In this document: one piece after another, positions 49,378 to 59,326 of the stretch
Layout of the letters: every line of letters begins with the position of its first letter
How positions within the stretch are numbered: the first letter of the stretch is position 1
Source of the DNA: a virus
Taxonomy: Duplodnaviria; Caudoviricetes
IMG/VR virus record: IMGVR_UViG_3300033067_001382
Coordinates: 17,596 to 81,595 of that record
DNA: 64,000 nt
Direction: 5' to 3' (one strand)
The notes under the pieces: model-generated
Database searches by the model: none
Told to the model about the DNA's origin: nothing
The model's input: the letters and a program-made list of their open reading frames with translations, nothing else
Program-made: the position numbers and the translations under genes

Positions 49378-50469
49378 TCAGAATGAGTTAGGCTTCTTGA
49401 ACCTCGGGTTAATTCCACCTCGCGGCGGAGCATCGACCATTCGAGCAACTGTCGGATCCACCGGCAGTTGGCGGCCTACTTGGGCAACACCATCCTGCAT
49501 GCTGTAGACCTCGGTGGGCGCACTGCTGCTAGGGGGCTTGACGACCATTGGTAATACTCCACCCAACTCAGCATCCGCTTCCGCCTCAAGGTCAGCATAC
49601 TGCTGAGACCTCGGAGGGGCTGATAACGGCTGTGCAGGTGCTGATTGGACCACCGGAAGAACAGTCGACGGGAGAGGTTGACGCGCCGTTGACGTGACCA
49701 CAGGAACTCTGTTCCGCATCAAGTCTTCTGGAACCACCTGCGCGGCTTGTGAGGGTAGCGATGTCCGCTCAACGGGTCGTTCGTCGGGAACTGGACGTTC
49801 AACCACTTGACGAACCGCCGGACGTTCCTCGTACAGCTCTTCTCGAAGCTTCGGAGCTTCCATCTTGGTCAGCTTGGCATCGAGTGTCGCTGCTTCTTCC
49901 TTGGTGACTGCCAGCACCAACCCATGCTCGGTTAGAATACGTTCGACCAACTCACGAGGGACTTCTCCCATGAGCTGCTTGGCTTCAGCTACTAACCTTC
50001 GGAGCTTCTCGTCAGGCTGTTCATCGACGTTGACGAACTCGACACCTTCTTCGGCGGCCTTCTCTGACTTGGCGATGAGGTCAGTGAACTTGCGGAACCC
50101 AACATCGAGTGCCTCCTTGCCCCACGTCGAAAGGACAAAATCCCGGAGGTATGCATGACGTTCCACCTTGACAGGTTTCAAGTCCTTCGTTCGAGGGTCT
50201 TCAACTTCTACCTCAACGTAGTCAACCTTGCGAAGGTTAAGGCCATTCAGTTCGACGATAGAGCGAGACAAATGGCCTACGCGAAACGCGTTCAAGTAGG
50301 CCAAGTCCTCTAGCTCCGATGTCTCTTGATTGATGGCCTCATAATCGGCCGGCTTGAGGCTTTGGAGGGTGACCGCACAACCCATTACAGTGAACGGTTC
50401 CTCTACTTCCCCAACACCCTTAGCTCGTTCAAGGGCTGCTTCAATTCGCTTTGCAGATACTGTTCCCAT
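49378..50469 (-). CDS. Tail assembly chaperone-like protein 1 (start MGTVS at 50469) with a Pro-rich disordered tail
   Basis: First gene after the tube gene; F.V.G..VTLQSL...D, L.RSI..LNG pattern; GGAG RBS precedes ATG 50469 but not ATG 50487. Confidence 0.6.
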   Translation of the reverse strand: MGTVSAKRIEAALERAKGVGEVEEPFTVMGCAVTLQSLKPADYEAINQETSELEDLAYLNAFRVGHLSRSIVELNGLNLRKVDYVEVEVEDPRTKDLKPVKVERHAYLRDFVLSTWGKEALDVGFRKFTDLIAKSEKAAEEGVEFVNVDEQPDEKLRRLVAEAKQLMGEVPRELVERILTEHGLVLAVTKEEAATLDAKLTKMEAPKLREELYEERPAVRQVVERPVPDERPVERTSLPSQAAQVVPEDLMRNRVPVVTSTARQPLPSTVLPVVQSAPAQPLSAPPRSQQYADLEAEADAELGGVLPMVVKPPSSSAPTEVYSMQDGVAQVGRQLPVDPTVARMVDAPPRGGINPRFKKPNSF

Positions 50470-50647
50470 CTCAATCTCCACTTTCATTTAGGAAGCGGGA
50501 AGGAATGGACGAAGCAAGAGATGAAGTGAGAAGGTAATCTACATCCGGATTCTACACTAAAGTCAGAACCGAGGGTGCTACATTCGATCTATTTTTCTGC
50601 ATCTTTATCTGTTGTCTTCGTCCGCTCAGCCCGCGGAAATCGTCAGA

Positions 50648-51370
50648 TTAGATCCCGACGGCTCGATTCGTAGCCGGACCACCTGCCCAACGGAGCGAGT
50701 AGCCAGCGCCAGCCGTGCCATTTGCACCAACTGGAGAAAGACCCGAGTCAATAAATTCACCGTAGCTGGAGAAACCATCAATGATGTCCGTTACCGTCAC
50801 GCTGCTAGTCTCTGCGACAATGGCGGCATCCGACGTATATGACACGTTGTAGCTGTTGAACCAGCAACCCTCGTAGAAGGTAAAAAGTGCCTTGACTGAG
50901 TTGGTCACCAGGTTGGCGACACCGCTTGGTTGTGACACTGCGTTTTTGAAACCCGAAACACCAACGATGTCCTGGTCAGAGCTGATTTCCGAGAAAACCA
51001 GTTCCTGTTTGAGGTCAAACGGCCAACGGTGGTGCTTGAGCGACCTAACAAGGCCCTCAACGCCACCCTTGTAGCCAACAACCTGGAAAAGGTTGACCGT
51101 ATACATGAGGGTCTTGTTGAGAGTGATCGTCATCGGCTCCGTAACACCCGGAACGAGTTCCGCGATCTGGTCACCAAAGCCGACGCCGCGAACGGCTTCG
51201 ACAGAACGAGACTCGTCATGTCCGAATTCGGAAATAACACCGATCTGCTGGAACTTCTTCTTTCCGACCATATAGCCGTAGATTTTGTTCTTACCGCTAA
51301 TAGCAACGCGCGTATTTGGCGCGGTACCCATCCGGTAGATGTACGAGTCGTTTTCACGCGGGCTGCCCAT
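50648..51370 (-). CDS. Tail tube protein (240 aa)
   Basis: IG.I......ESR....RGVG.G....ELVPG....TITL; YEGCWF.SY..SY......V.E...V; AGGAG RBS; position between sheath and chaperones. Confidence 0.8.
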   Translation of the reverse strand: MGSPRENDSYIYRMGTAPNTRVAISGKNKIYGYMVGKKKFQQIGVISEFGHDESRSVEAVRGVGFGDQIAELVPGVTEPMTITLNKTLMYTVNLFQVVGYKGGVEGLVRSLKHHRWPFDLKQELVFSEISSDQDIVGVSGFKNAVSQPSGVANLVTNSVKALFTFYEGCWFNSYNVSYTSDAAIVAETSSVTVTDIIDGFSSYGEFIDSGLSPVGANGTAGAGYSLRWAGGPATNRAVGI

Positions 51371-51429
51371 GAGTTAAGCTCTCCTGTTGTAGGATTGAGA
51401 TAAGAAGAAGTGTTAGGCGCCGTGTGACT

Positions 51430-52122
51430 TCATACGAAGTACGGGGCAATTTGTTTGGCGAGAGATTGGATTCGGTTCAGCTCCTCAAACGAACTTCCGA
51501 TCGCCTCACTGTCCGAAGCAATGTCAGCAATTCGACTCGCCATCTTGTGCAGGTCGTACCGTACGGCTGCTGCATCAAGAGGCTGCCCAGCTTTCTCCAA
51601 AGCATCCACCCGACCGGCAATCTCCTCGATGGTTGCCAGGACTCGGTGGGCCAACTCCTCACCACATTCAGCGGCAGTCCGGAGGCCTACAAGGTCTCGA
51701 ACGGTTGTCACCAAACTGGCAACGACGTGCTTCTCAGCATCGTTGGAGGCCAATATTACCTCAGACAGAGTGTGCAGGTGGCGCTCGATCGTCCCTAGCT
51801 TCTTCTCAAATTCCGTCTCATTCATTGCTGAGCCTTCTACGGAAGCCATACGTTCTCGTACGGCAATAAGGGGTTTACCGCCTGCCCAACGTGCACGAGG
51901 CTTGGTCAACAAAGCATCCAGGTCATCCAGGTTGACCGTCAACATAGACTCCCCGCTAGCTAGGAAGTCATCCAGGCAACGACGAGCGGTGGTGGCATTA
52001 GGTGCCAAAGACACAACCAACTTCAAGACGGAGACCGACCCAAGCGTGAATGATCGCCCATCCGGCAACCTCACGTAGTCTCTACTTCCGTCCGTTCCGA
52101 TAGTTACTAGGCTGCGCGACAC
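51430..52122 (-). CDS. Hypothetical protein (230 aa), helical C-half
   Basis: ORF fills the gap, GTG start; no family recognised. Confidence 0.55.
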   Translation of the reverse strand: MSRSLVTIGTDGSRDYVRLPDGRSFTLGSVSVLKLVVSLAPNATTARRCLDDFLASGESMLTVNLDDLDALLTKPRARWAGGKPLIAVRERMASVEGSAMNETEFEKKLGTIERHLHTLSEVILASNDAEKHVVASLVTTVRDLVGLRTAAECGEELAHRVLATIEEIAGRVDALEKAGQPLDAAAVRYDLHKMASRIADIASDSEAIGSSFEELNRIQSLAKQIAPYFV

Positions 52123-52156
52123 TCTAAGAGAAGCCGCGCACTAAAGGAATCTTGAC

Positions 52157-52951
52157 TCAGACTCGGAGGAAGACCTCCAGCATGTTGGCAATGGACAGGA
52201 TGGTGCCCCCCTCGGGGCTCTTAACACTCCGATCCGTGGCCAACCACTCTCCAGTGCCTTCAAAAGCCTGTTCGACCTCAGTCAACAAAAAGGCCGCCCG
52301 ACGTACATCGAAATCGACCAGAAGGCTCTTGCGACAAGCAAATACCTCTCGTCGTCCATCCCTCTCCGTGCCCAAAACCACACCCCGAAGGTGCCCAGCT
52401 CGGAACAAGTCGAACCAAGCTTCCTCGGCATCACCCAGGGTAGTGGCCAACACGAAACCATTGGATCCCACATCGATAACCTTGACTTCGGCTTGAGTAG
52501 AAAACCCCAAGTGAGGGAGTCGGTCATCCATCAAGTAGTCTCGAATCCAGCCAATGGCTGAACTTAGTCGCTCCCCCAACTCGGTCTTGGTGAGCTTCTC
52601 GGAGTCCTGGACAGCATACGACTGAAGAAAGACCAAGAAGTTAGTCAGGTCAGCTTCCGCATGGGAAAGCATCTGAGGGCCGTGTTTGACTGCCAGATCA
52701 ACCAACATAACCAGCCCAGGAGTCTTGGGTTGAAGCAAAGTATCCCGATTCAAGAAGAGTGCCATCCCCAAGAGAGTGTCGAGACCCGAGACCCGAGGAA
52801 TGGCGAACTTGAGAGGAAGCCCCTTCCCAAGGAGCAGCTCCGTGTAGAATGTCGTCAATCCAACGTCGGCGAAGTGGATAGCATCCCCTCGAAACTCGGG
52901 ATCGATGATGATCTCAAACGATACGGGAACTGAAGTGTGTTCAGGGGTCAT
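52157..52951 (-). CDS. Hypothetical protein (264 aa), possibly a degenerate DHH-fold phosphoesterase
   Basis: VSGLDTLL..ALFLN and C-terminal W......SP..G..L pattern; canonical DxD and DHH residues absent. Confidence 0.4.
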   Translation of the reverse strand: MTPEHTSVPVSFEIIIDPEFRGDAIHFADVGLTTFYTELLLGKGLPLKFAIPRVSGLDTLLGMALFLNRDTLLQPKTPGLVMLVDLAVKHGPQMLSHAEADLTNFLVFLQSYAVQDSEKLTKTELGERLSSAIGWIRDYLMDDRLPHLGFSTQAEVKVIDVGSNGFVLATTLGDAEEAWFDLFRAGHLRGVVLGTERDGRREVFACRKSLLVDFDVRRAAFLLTEVEQAFEGTGEWLATDRSVKSPEGGTILSIANMLEVFLRV

Positions 52952-54831
52952 AGCTTTACACCTTCTGCTTCAAGTCTCCCACGAAGGTAACTTTCGTCAT
53001 CGAAGGGCTCATCTTCGCGAATGACCAAGTAATGAATCCCGTCCGCACGAGCCAAGTTCTCCTTGATTCGGTCCCTCTCCTGAAGGTCAAAATAGGCTTC
53101 CTCGGTCTTGACGTAAATACTGGGGAACTTGTAGTGCTGGTGCCCAAAGAATTCCGTAATAAGGTTGTGGGTGGGGAAGTAGCCGTCGAATCTGAACCTG
53201 AACCCTGACTTTGGATTGACGAATCTACGAGCTTCCCACTCACGCTTGTACTCTACACCACCCAGCACTTGGGATACGGCAGTCAAACATCGACCCTGTA
53301 GAATAGACCTCGTGTAAGATACCAACCCATGGCGGTTACATTCACGTAGAATGACCTTTCGGTCATGCCCTGTTTCCTTCATGACACAACCTACTTGAAT
53401 CTTCCCGTTCTTGAGGGCATGTGTCTCCAGGGTTGATTTTTCCAGACGAATGGTGGCCGCCAAGGCTCGTCCTTGAATGTGGTTCTTCGACAGAACTAAG
53501 CCCAACTTCCGCATATACTTGGTGATGGTTTCCTCACTATAGCCCAAAGCTTCAGCCATTTTAGTACGGTCCACGCCATCGGATTCCAAGAACGGGGCAA
53601 AATCAGCGTAGGTCAGTGAAGCCTCAAGACCATTCGACCACGGACGATTCTCACCCGCGTACTGCTGAAGTTTCTCCGCAGTAGACTTCAATGAGGGGTG
53701 GCTTTCCTTAGTTAACCCTTTAGACCAGGACGGGCGGCCGTTCATGTTCTCAGCTCCCCTGGCGACTCTCTCATCTGTTTCCGTTGTCAGGCCCAAGTTC
53801 CAACGCCCTGCATTTCTGGACATCAATTCCTTGGTCTCAGCACTCAAAGGACGCCCCTGGAGGGCCGTCTTATCTCGAATGCTAGAATTCAAGGCCACTA
53901 TCAAATGTCCCGGAAATTTATCTTGATAACAACCTATCAGATCAGGATGGGCATTCTGAAGATGGGATGTCAAATTCTCAGCTACGTAGTTGCACTCTTG
54001 ACATGTCACATAGTCCTCAAGTTCAGACTTACCATGCCACTTTTGGCACCTTCTCTCAAGCTCCTCTGCTTCACAACACTCTTGGCAAATAGCGATATTC
54101 GTGAAAGCAGACACTTCCATCTCGACGTTACAGCCATCACAAACTTCGGTCTTTCGAAGACCTTTCTGAGGTCTTCGCTTGTGAGCCTCTATAAGGCTAA
54201 TTGATCTTTGCTCGCAGGTCCTTTCGGAAACTATCTGAGCACCAGGAAATCGTCTCCTGTACTGGTCCGCGGTTAGCTGATGCACCGCCCCCAGGTGTCG
54301 ACCCAAAGTAGAGTCCCGGAAGTTGCAAATCTTGCACACGACGAAGTCGATGGATTCGCTTTTGCCAAACCATTCGGATTTATCAGAAAGCTTTAGGTAC
54401 TCAACATGAGCTTCGTCAAACTTCTGCCGCAAGTGAGTAGATAATCCTAGCAACCCAGAAACGCCTAATTGACAAACTGGACACTCTCGGTCAACCCCTC
54501 TGGCTTTGTTTTGACAAGCATCACACAGAATTTTGGCCAGTTTAGCAATCTGTAAGGAGTTGAGATGCACCTCAATCGTACAATCAACACAATTGTAGGC
54601 TGTAGTTGGATGATTGTAGGTGGTACCCTTTTTTGAGGATCCTAATTGTCTCGCCGCTGACTTCTGGATCTCAGAGCCGCGCTCCACAAGCGCCTCCTCA
54701 CCAAAGTGCTCCGCCCACCACGCTCGAAGAGTGTTGGGGCTAACCCCCAGTCGTGCAGCACACTTCTTCATTGGCTCGGAAGTGTGGAATAGATCGTATG
54801 TAGATTCAGGTGTTATTTTCGTCTTGGTCAT
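52948..54831 (-). mobile_element. Free-standing putative homing endonuclease with HTH, multiple Zn fingers, NUMOD3-like repeats and a C-terminal PD-(D/E)xK domain (ATG 54831; ORF track GTG 54855)
   Basis: FRFDGYFP...LITEF.G.QH...D..KE......I..LVI; WNLGLT.ETDERV and WSKGLTKE; several CxxC pairs; AT-rich relative to the sheath gene. Confidence 0.75.
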
Positions 54832-54835
54832 AAAG

Positions 54836-54882
54836 AAGAAGCCCTTCGACCCCACCTTACACCGGGGGCCGAAGGGCTTCTT
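54836..54882. terminator. Strong hairpin with T-rich tails on both strands (possible bidirectional intrinsic terminator / RBS-occluding stem)
   Basis: Minus strand AAGAAGCCCTTCGGCCCC-11 nt loop-GGGGTCGAAGGGCTTCTT: 18-bp stem with one G-U pair, immediately after the sheath gene. Confidence 0.75.
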
Positions 54883-54903
54883 TTACCGTAAATTACAGTG
54901 GCG

Positions 54904-57900
54904 TCAAATTTTTGCGCGGAGGTTGAATGTCAAAATTATGTATAAAAGGGGAAATACTGGTTGATAGTAGGCAGTTGCATTCAACGTGGTCGGCTCGGTC
55001 TCGTCCGGGGCAGCGCTGATGCCAGCGAAGCCTCCGACGATTTCCTGCTGAACCATGCTCTTGAAGAGCGAGGTCATCGCAACTTCGACTTCGTTCGATC
55101 GGCTTGCGAGGAACTTAGTGCCGATGAAGGCATCCAAGATCGAGCGCGTCTGCTGCGAAACGTAGTCGGCAATCTGCGTCACCGTCGGAAGACGGGTCAG
55201 GACGTTGCTGACGTTCGTGGTGAGACCCTGGCGGATCCGGATGATCGGGTCGAGGTCTTGGATGAGCGTGATGCCAGCCGTTGCCGTCTGGTTCAACTCG
55301 ACCACGTCCATGATCCGAGGGATTCGCTTGAAGCCCTGAACCTGACGCCGCGTGTAAGGCGTTGCCACGTCCACCGAGGGGCTGACGACCGCACCCGCGA
55401 CAGCAGCCGCGAAGAACGTTCCGTCAACAACCGTCTCGAACGACTCATTGAGTTCGTTGGTCAGCTCGATGACTGCGCTGTCCGGGTAGAACGCAACGAT
55501 ACGGTTCGACAGGAGCCCGCGGGCAACTGACTGGGCCGACGTTGGCGAAGTACCAGAGGCGAAGCCAATGAATCCCATGCGTTCCGACTGGTTACGGATA
55601 TGACTCATGGTTTCGACGTGCTGCGTGAGCGCGCCGTACACCGAAGTATCTGTACTGAGCGGAACGAGAAGGTCAGGCTTGATATTGCCTTGTAGTGGAG
55701 TCTCCAGTTCCTGGATGGCCGTCACGAAGTCCAGAGCCGAAGCTTGGTTCGTAGAAGCAACCTTAAGAACTTGCTTGACACCGACAAGAACAGCACCGTT
55801 AAGAATTCCGAGGAATGCCCCGAGGGTGACTCGGTTCTCTGCCGTGAGTCGCCCAAAGTTAGCTTCAAGAGACTTGAACTGACGGAAGATTCGCGTCGAG
55901 AAGTCCTGCTTCATGTAGCGATAGCTGATGAAGTAGAAGTCTCCATTCTTCGGCTCAACCCCTTGTGGGCTGAATGTGCGAATCGTCGCGGAGTCATTCG
56001 CCGTGACATTGACAGTGTTGGACACCGTCGTCTCCAAGCCCGGAATGGCGTAGTGCGGAGCGGACGAATTGACCTCGAAAGTCGGGCTGACTTCGAAGTC
56101 GAAGTAACCACTCGCCGTGTAGCTGCCGTCCGTTGCGGCCAAAACCGTGAAACGCAGGCCCGTCACCAGGTCAGTGTAGGTCTGTCCGGGAACTCCGGTG
56201 CCAGCCGAACCGCCCGTAGGTAGGTTTGACGAGACCACGAAGTTGTCCATTGCGTCCTCACCGTTATCGCCATCCGTTCCGGGAACAATGCCGACGCCAG
56301 TCGAGGAGTTGAAGGCCGAGCTACTTGCATTGCCGAAGGCCACCGAAGAAGCCGCAGCTCCAACCGTGCGCGACTCGATGGTGATGTACGTTCCCTGACC
56401 GGGGAACGTCGTAGCGTACGCGATACCTTCAGCCGCAAAGGCCGAAGTTGCCATAAGCGAATTGGCGATTTCCTGAGCGAAAACTCGCGTCTGAGACGCA
56501 AACTGATTCGTCACGAAGCCAAGCTTCGTGTTGGCTGAACCATCGAGGATTTGAACCGACGACTGCTCGTTGTTCGTGTTGCTCATGAGGCGGAGCTTGC
56601 CTGCGTTGACACCCGTACCAGCGGATGCGGCCGAGAAGCCCACCACCGTGTTGATGTCTGTCGCCAGCGTGGCTGCCGAAACTGCACTGCCTGGAGTCAA
56701 CGTGACGTTATACTCAACGCCGTTGACCCGGAAGCGGAACTTGTTGTCCAGGTCAGCCGTGAGGTTGAAAGGACCCGCCACCGACCCAAGGAGAGTCGCA
56801 GGCTTGTTGACAGCTCCCGTTGTACCCTTGACAGTCGCGAAAGTCTTGAACCCAAGGGTGCCTTCCACAGTGCCTTGGCGAATCTTAATCTCCGAAACGT
56901 GATCGAAACCACTAGGGAGAGATCCAGGAAGCGAGAACGACCGAATGATGAACACCGCCGAGGAACCAATGGTTACTGTCGAGCAGAGGTTCGTACCGCC
57001 GGTGACTGGAGAACCGGGAGCCGTTTCGATGGCCGTGTTGATTGCCGACACGATGGCGGACGGGGTCATAGAACCCGGAGTCAGCGTGACAGAAACATCG
57101 AAGCCGTCGACAGTCAGATTAAGGACATTGTTCGGGGAAGCCGGGATAGTGATGTTACCACCCGAGACCGCAACATGGGAGCCAACCAGGTAGCCACGAG
57201 CCGCGCCCGAAAGCGTGGTGGTCGCCGTTGTACCGTTGACAACCGAAGTCCAGACGTCCGAAGTGCTGGCATAGATCGAATAGGGCTCTTCCGCGTCGTT
57301 GGTGAACTGCGCGTTGGTTGCCGCCTCAGAACCAAAGGTCACTCGGACGATTTCGGCAACCGGAGCGCCACCAACATGCATCGCGTCCGGAATGGACTCG
57401 ACACCGCGAGGGAAGTTGACAGTCTCGGTGAGACCTCCACCTTTTTGCTTGAATCGAACGTGGTAGACCGGAGCGTCCTGAATGCTGGACGTAACAGTGT
57501 ACTGACCAGAACCGAGCGAACCCGGAGTGGAGCAGGTCACAATGTACGTGTCATCGACAATTCGATTGTACCAGAAGGTCGCGTAGAGTTTGTAGTCCGG
57601 CGGGACTGCATCTCGGAGCGTCACGATGCGGTTGGCTGCATCGACCGCGACAACCTTGACGGCTGGACGGTTGAGAGCGTCACGCAGGTTGCGACCTACA
57701 CGAGCAACAATCAGGTCCGGACGGTTCGTCGGGAGATCAACACGAGCGTTGGTCACGCTCTTGTAGAGCGAGCTACTGAGTGGCGTGTCACGGCCGTTAC
57801 CGGTCGTCGGTACAGCCGGCAGGACGAATTTCGTCGTCGAGACAACAGCCGGGATGACCGTCGTGTCGGTGAGAGGATTGCACTCTGCGTTGTACCACTT

Positions 57901-59163
57901 GTCGTCAACCAGCGACCCAGTGATCTGAGTGTCGTCGAAGAGTTCCGCACCTGGAGTATGAATTGCAGCGGCAACCGCGAAGCTGGTGCCCCAGTGGATC
58001 GTGCTTACGTCGCGAGATTGGTTGATAACAACAAAGTCCGCGTTCTGGATATAATCCGAACGGCCCGGCGAGATGCCCGCGCGAATCACATTCGTAATGA
58101 GCGTGTTCGGGAGATAGTCGAACGTATCTTGCCAGGTATTAGCCCAATACTGGATTGTGACCGTCGAACTTGGCGGAGGTGGCGTCGTCAAGGTGACGAT
58201 ACCATTCTTGCCATCAACAGCAGCCGGGATAACCTGCGAACCGTTGACCTTGACGACTACTTTGCTGGTGTCCGTCGTGGTGATACCACCGGAACTGCCA
58301 TCAACGATAGGGAGCTGGAAAACACGGAAGTCCGCATTGCGGCTGGTCTTGGCACCTGCTGAGAACCCTAGCGGACCGTTGGCGTTAGTCGAACCAATCA
58401 CCAAAGAAACTGTCGAACTAAACTGGAGGTGCTGGCGATTTAATTCGTCAGAAACGACTACAGCCGTTAGACCCGAAATGGCTGCTGCATCAATCTGGCT
58501 TTTTAGCGCGGTGGCAGTAGTGCTTGAGTTGGCTGCCAGCGTGACCGTCTTCTGCGAACCATTGACCGTGATGGTAAACGTATCGCTCACACCTGTAACG
58601 ATGTTGAAGGGCTCGTAACCTGGAGAAACCAGCGTTGCATTTTCGACCGTGACTTGGTCCGAAACGTCGTCCGTAAACGAGGTGTCACCACGGTGGAAAA
58701 AGTACGTGATACGCACTTCATCGCCCGACTGCGGCGGAACCTGCAACGTGACGAGACCCTTGGCACCCTGAACCTGCCCAACAGCAACGGGGATTCCATT
58801 GACCGTCACGGTGACCGACTTGACGTCGTTGGCCGTGCGGCCGAAGCCCTGACCGTCTACCAGAGGGAAGTTGCGGACACGGAAGGTTTGCTTCGTACCG
58901 TCGTTCGTACCAAGCACGGGGTTACTGGGATTCGTCGCATCGACGACCCAGCTTGACCCGACGTCTTCATTGACGATCTGCTGGTCAAGAGTGGAACTAG
59001 ATCCACGAACGACTTCAAGGTCGATCTGCTCAAGCTCTTCTTGACCAACTCCGATATACACCGGGATACGCAGCCCGGCGAGGAAGCTGGTCACGTTCGC
59101 TTCAGTCAGTGTCCTTGAGTATACGTCCGGGGGAAGGTAAGTACCGAGAGGTCCGAAGCCCAT
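54904..59163 (-). CDS. Contractile tail sheath protein, unusually large (1419 aa)
   Basis: N-terminal Y.PPDVY....E; C-terminal ERMGFIG, RI...YP, G...AAA.AG, EL......GI, IR..LTT, V.QI.DYV.......L..FIG.K, YQPV.PL.YI...F; AGGAG RBS. Confidence 0.9.
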   Translation of the reverse strand: MGFGPLGTYLPPDVYSRTLTEANVTSFLAGLRIPVYIGVGQEELEQIDLEVVRGSSSTLDQQIVNEDVGSSWVVDATNPSNPVLGTNDGTKQTFRVRNFPLVDGQGFGRTANDVKSVTVTVNGIPVAVGQVQGAKGLVTLQVPPQSGDEVRITYFFHRGDTSFTDDVSDQVTVENATLVSPGYEPFNIVTGVSDTFTITVNGSQKTVTLAANSSTTATALKSQIDAAAISGLTAVVVSDELNRQHLQFSSTVSLVIGSTNANGPLGFSAGAKTSRNADFRVFQLPIVDGSSGGITTTDTSKVVVKVNGSQVIPAAVDGKNGIVTLTTPPPPSSTVTIQYWANTWQDTFDYLPNTLITNVIRAGISPGRSDYIQNADFVVINQSRDVSTIHWGTSFAVAAAIHTPGAELFDDTQITGSLVDDKWYNAECNPLTDTTVIPAVVSTTKFVLPAVPTTGNGRDTPLSSSLYKSVTNARVDLPTNRPDLIVARVGRNLRDALNRPAVKVVAVDAANRIVTLRDAVPPDYKLYATFWYNRIVDDTYIVTCSTPGSLGSGQYTVTSSIQDAPVYHVRFKQKGGGLTETVNFPRGVESIPDAMHVGGAPVAEIVRVTFGSEAATNAQFTNDAEEPYSIYASTSDVWTSVVNGTTATTTLSGAARGYLVGSHVAVSGGNITIPASPNNVLNLTVDGFDVSVTLTPGSMTPSAIVSAINTAIETAPGSPVTGGTNLCSTVTIGSSAVFIIRSFSLPGSLPSGFDHVSEIKIRQGTVEGTLGFKTFATVKGTTGAVNKPATLLGSVAGPFNLTADLDNKFRFRVNGVEYNVTLTPGSAVSAATLATDINTVVGFSAASAGTGVNAGKLRLMSNTNNEQSSVQILDGSANTKLGFVTNQFASQTRVFAQEIANSLMATSAFAAEGIAYATTFPGQGTYITIESRTVGAAASSVAFGNASSSAFNSSTGVGIVPGTDGDNGEDAMDNFVVSSNLPTGGSAGTGVPGQTYTDLVTGLRFTVLAATDGSYTASGYFDFEVSPTFEVNSSAPHYAIPGLETTVSNTVNVTANDSATIRTFSPQGVEPKNGDFYFISYRYMKQDFSTRIFRQFKSLEANFGRLTAENRVTLGAFLGILNGAVLVGVKQVLKVASTNQASALDFVTAIQELETPLQGNIKPDLLVPLSTDTSVYGALTQHVETMSHIRNQSERMGFIGFASGTSPTSAQSVARGLLSNRIVAFYPDSAVIELTNELNESFETVVDGTFFAAAVAGAVVSPSVDVATPYTRRQVQGFKRIPRIMDVVELNQTATAGITLIQDLDPIIRIRQGLTTNVSNVLTRLPTVTQIADYVSQQTRSILDAFIGTKFLASRSNEVEVAMTSLFKSMVQQEIVGGFAGISAAPDETEPTTLNATAYYQPVFPLLYIILTFNLRAKI

Positions 59164-59301
59164 CCGATTCTCCTAAAGAGGGTGATCGCAAAACCAAAAT
59201 TGGTTGATATGGATCTGAATGTGGTTTCTGATAAAAGGAAAGCGGAGGTTTCTTGATCTGAATTCGGTTCTTGCGCCTGTTCCGGACATATATCTCGGGT
59301 A

Positions 59302-59326
59302 GTTGCGTCTACCCTGTAGACTCAAC
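59302..59326 (-). promoter_or_regulatory. Hairpin in the sheath leader
   Basis: GTTG-A-GTCTAC-AGG-GTAGAC-G-CAAC; no U tract follows it. Confidence 0.4.

Noticed and set aside
49360-49400. Programmed frameshift between the chaperone genes
   Set aside because: No XXXYYYZ slippery site near the stop, and the downstream gene has its own RBS
56551-58362. 603-aa plus-strand ORF (also 33318..34190 and many shorter ones)
   Set aside because: Lies fully antisense to well-supported genes, has Arg/Val-rich shadow composition and no motifs; expected from the codon bias of the real strand
14827-59163. Inteins or group I introns in the giant ORFs
   Set aside because: No splice-junction (C...HN-C/S/T) or LAGLIDADG patterns and no frame breaks noticed; the size is explained by repeated structural modules
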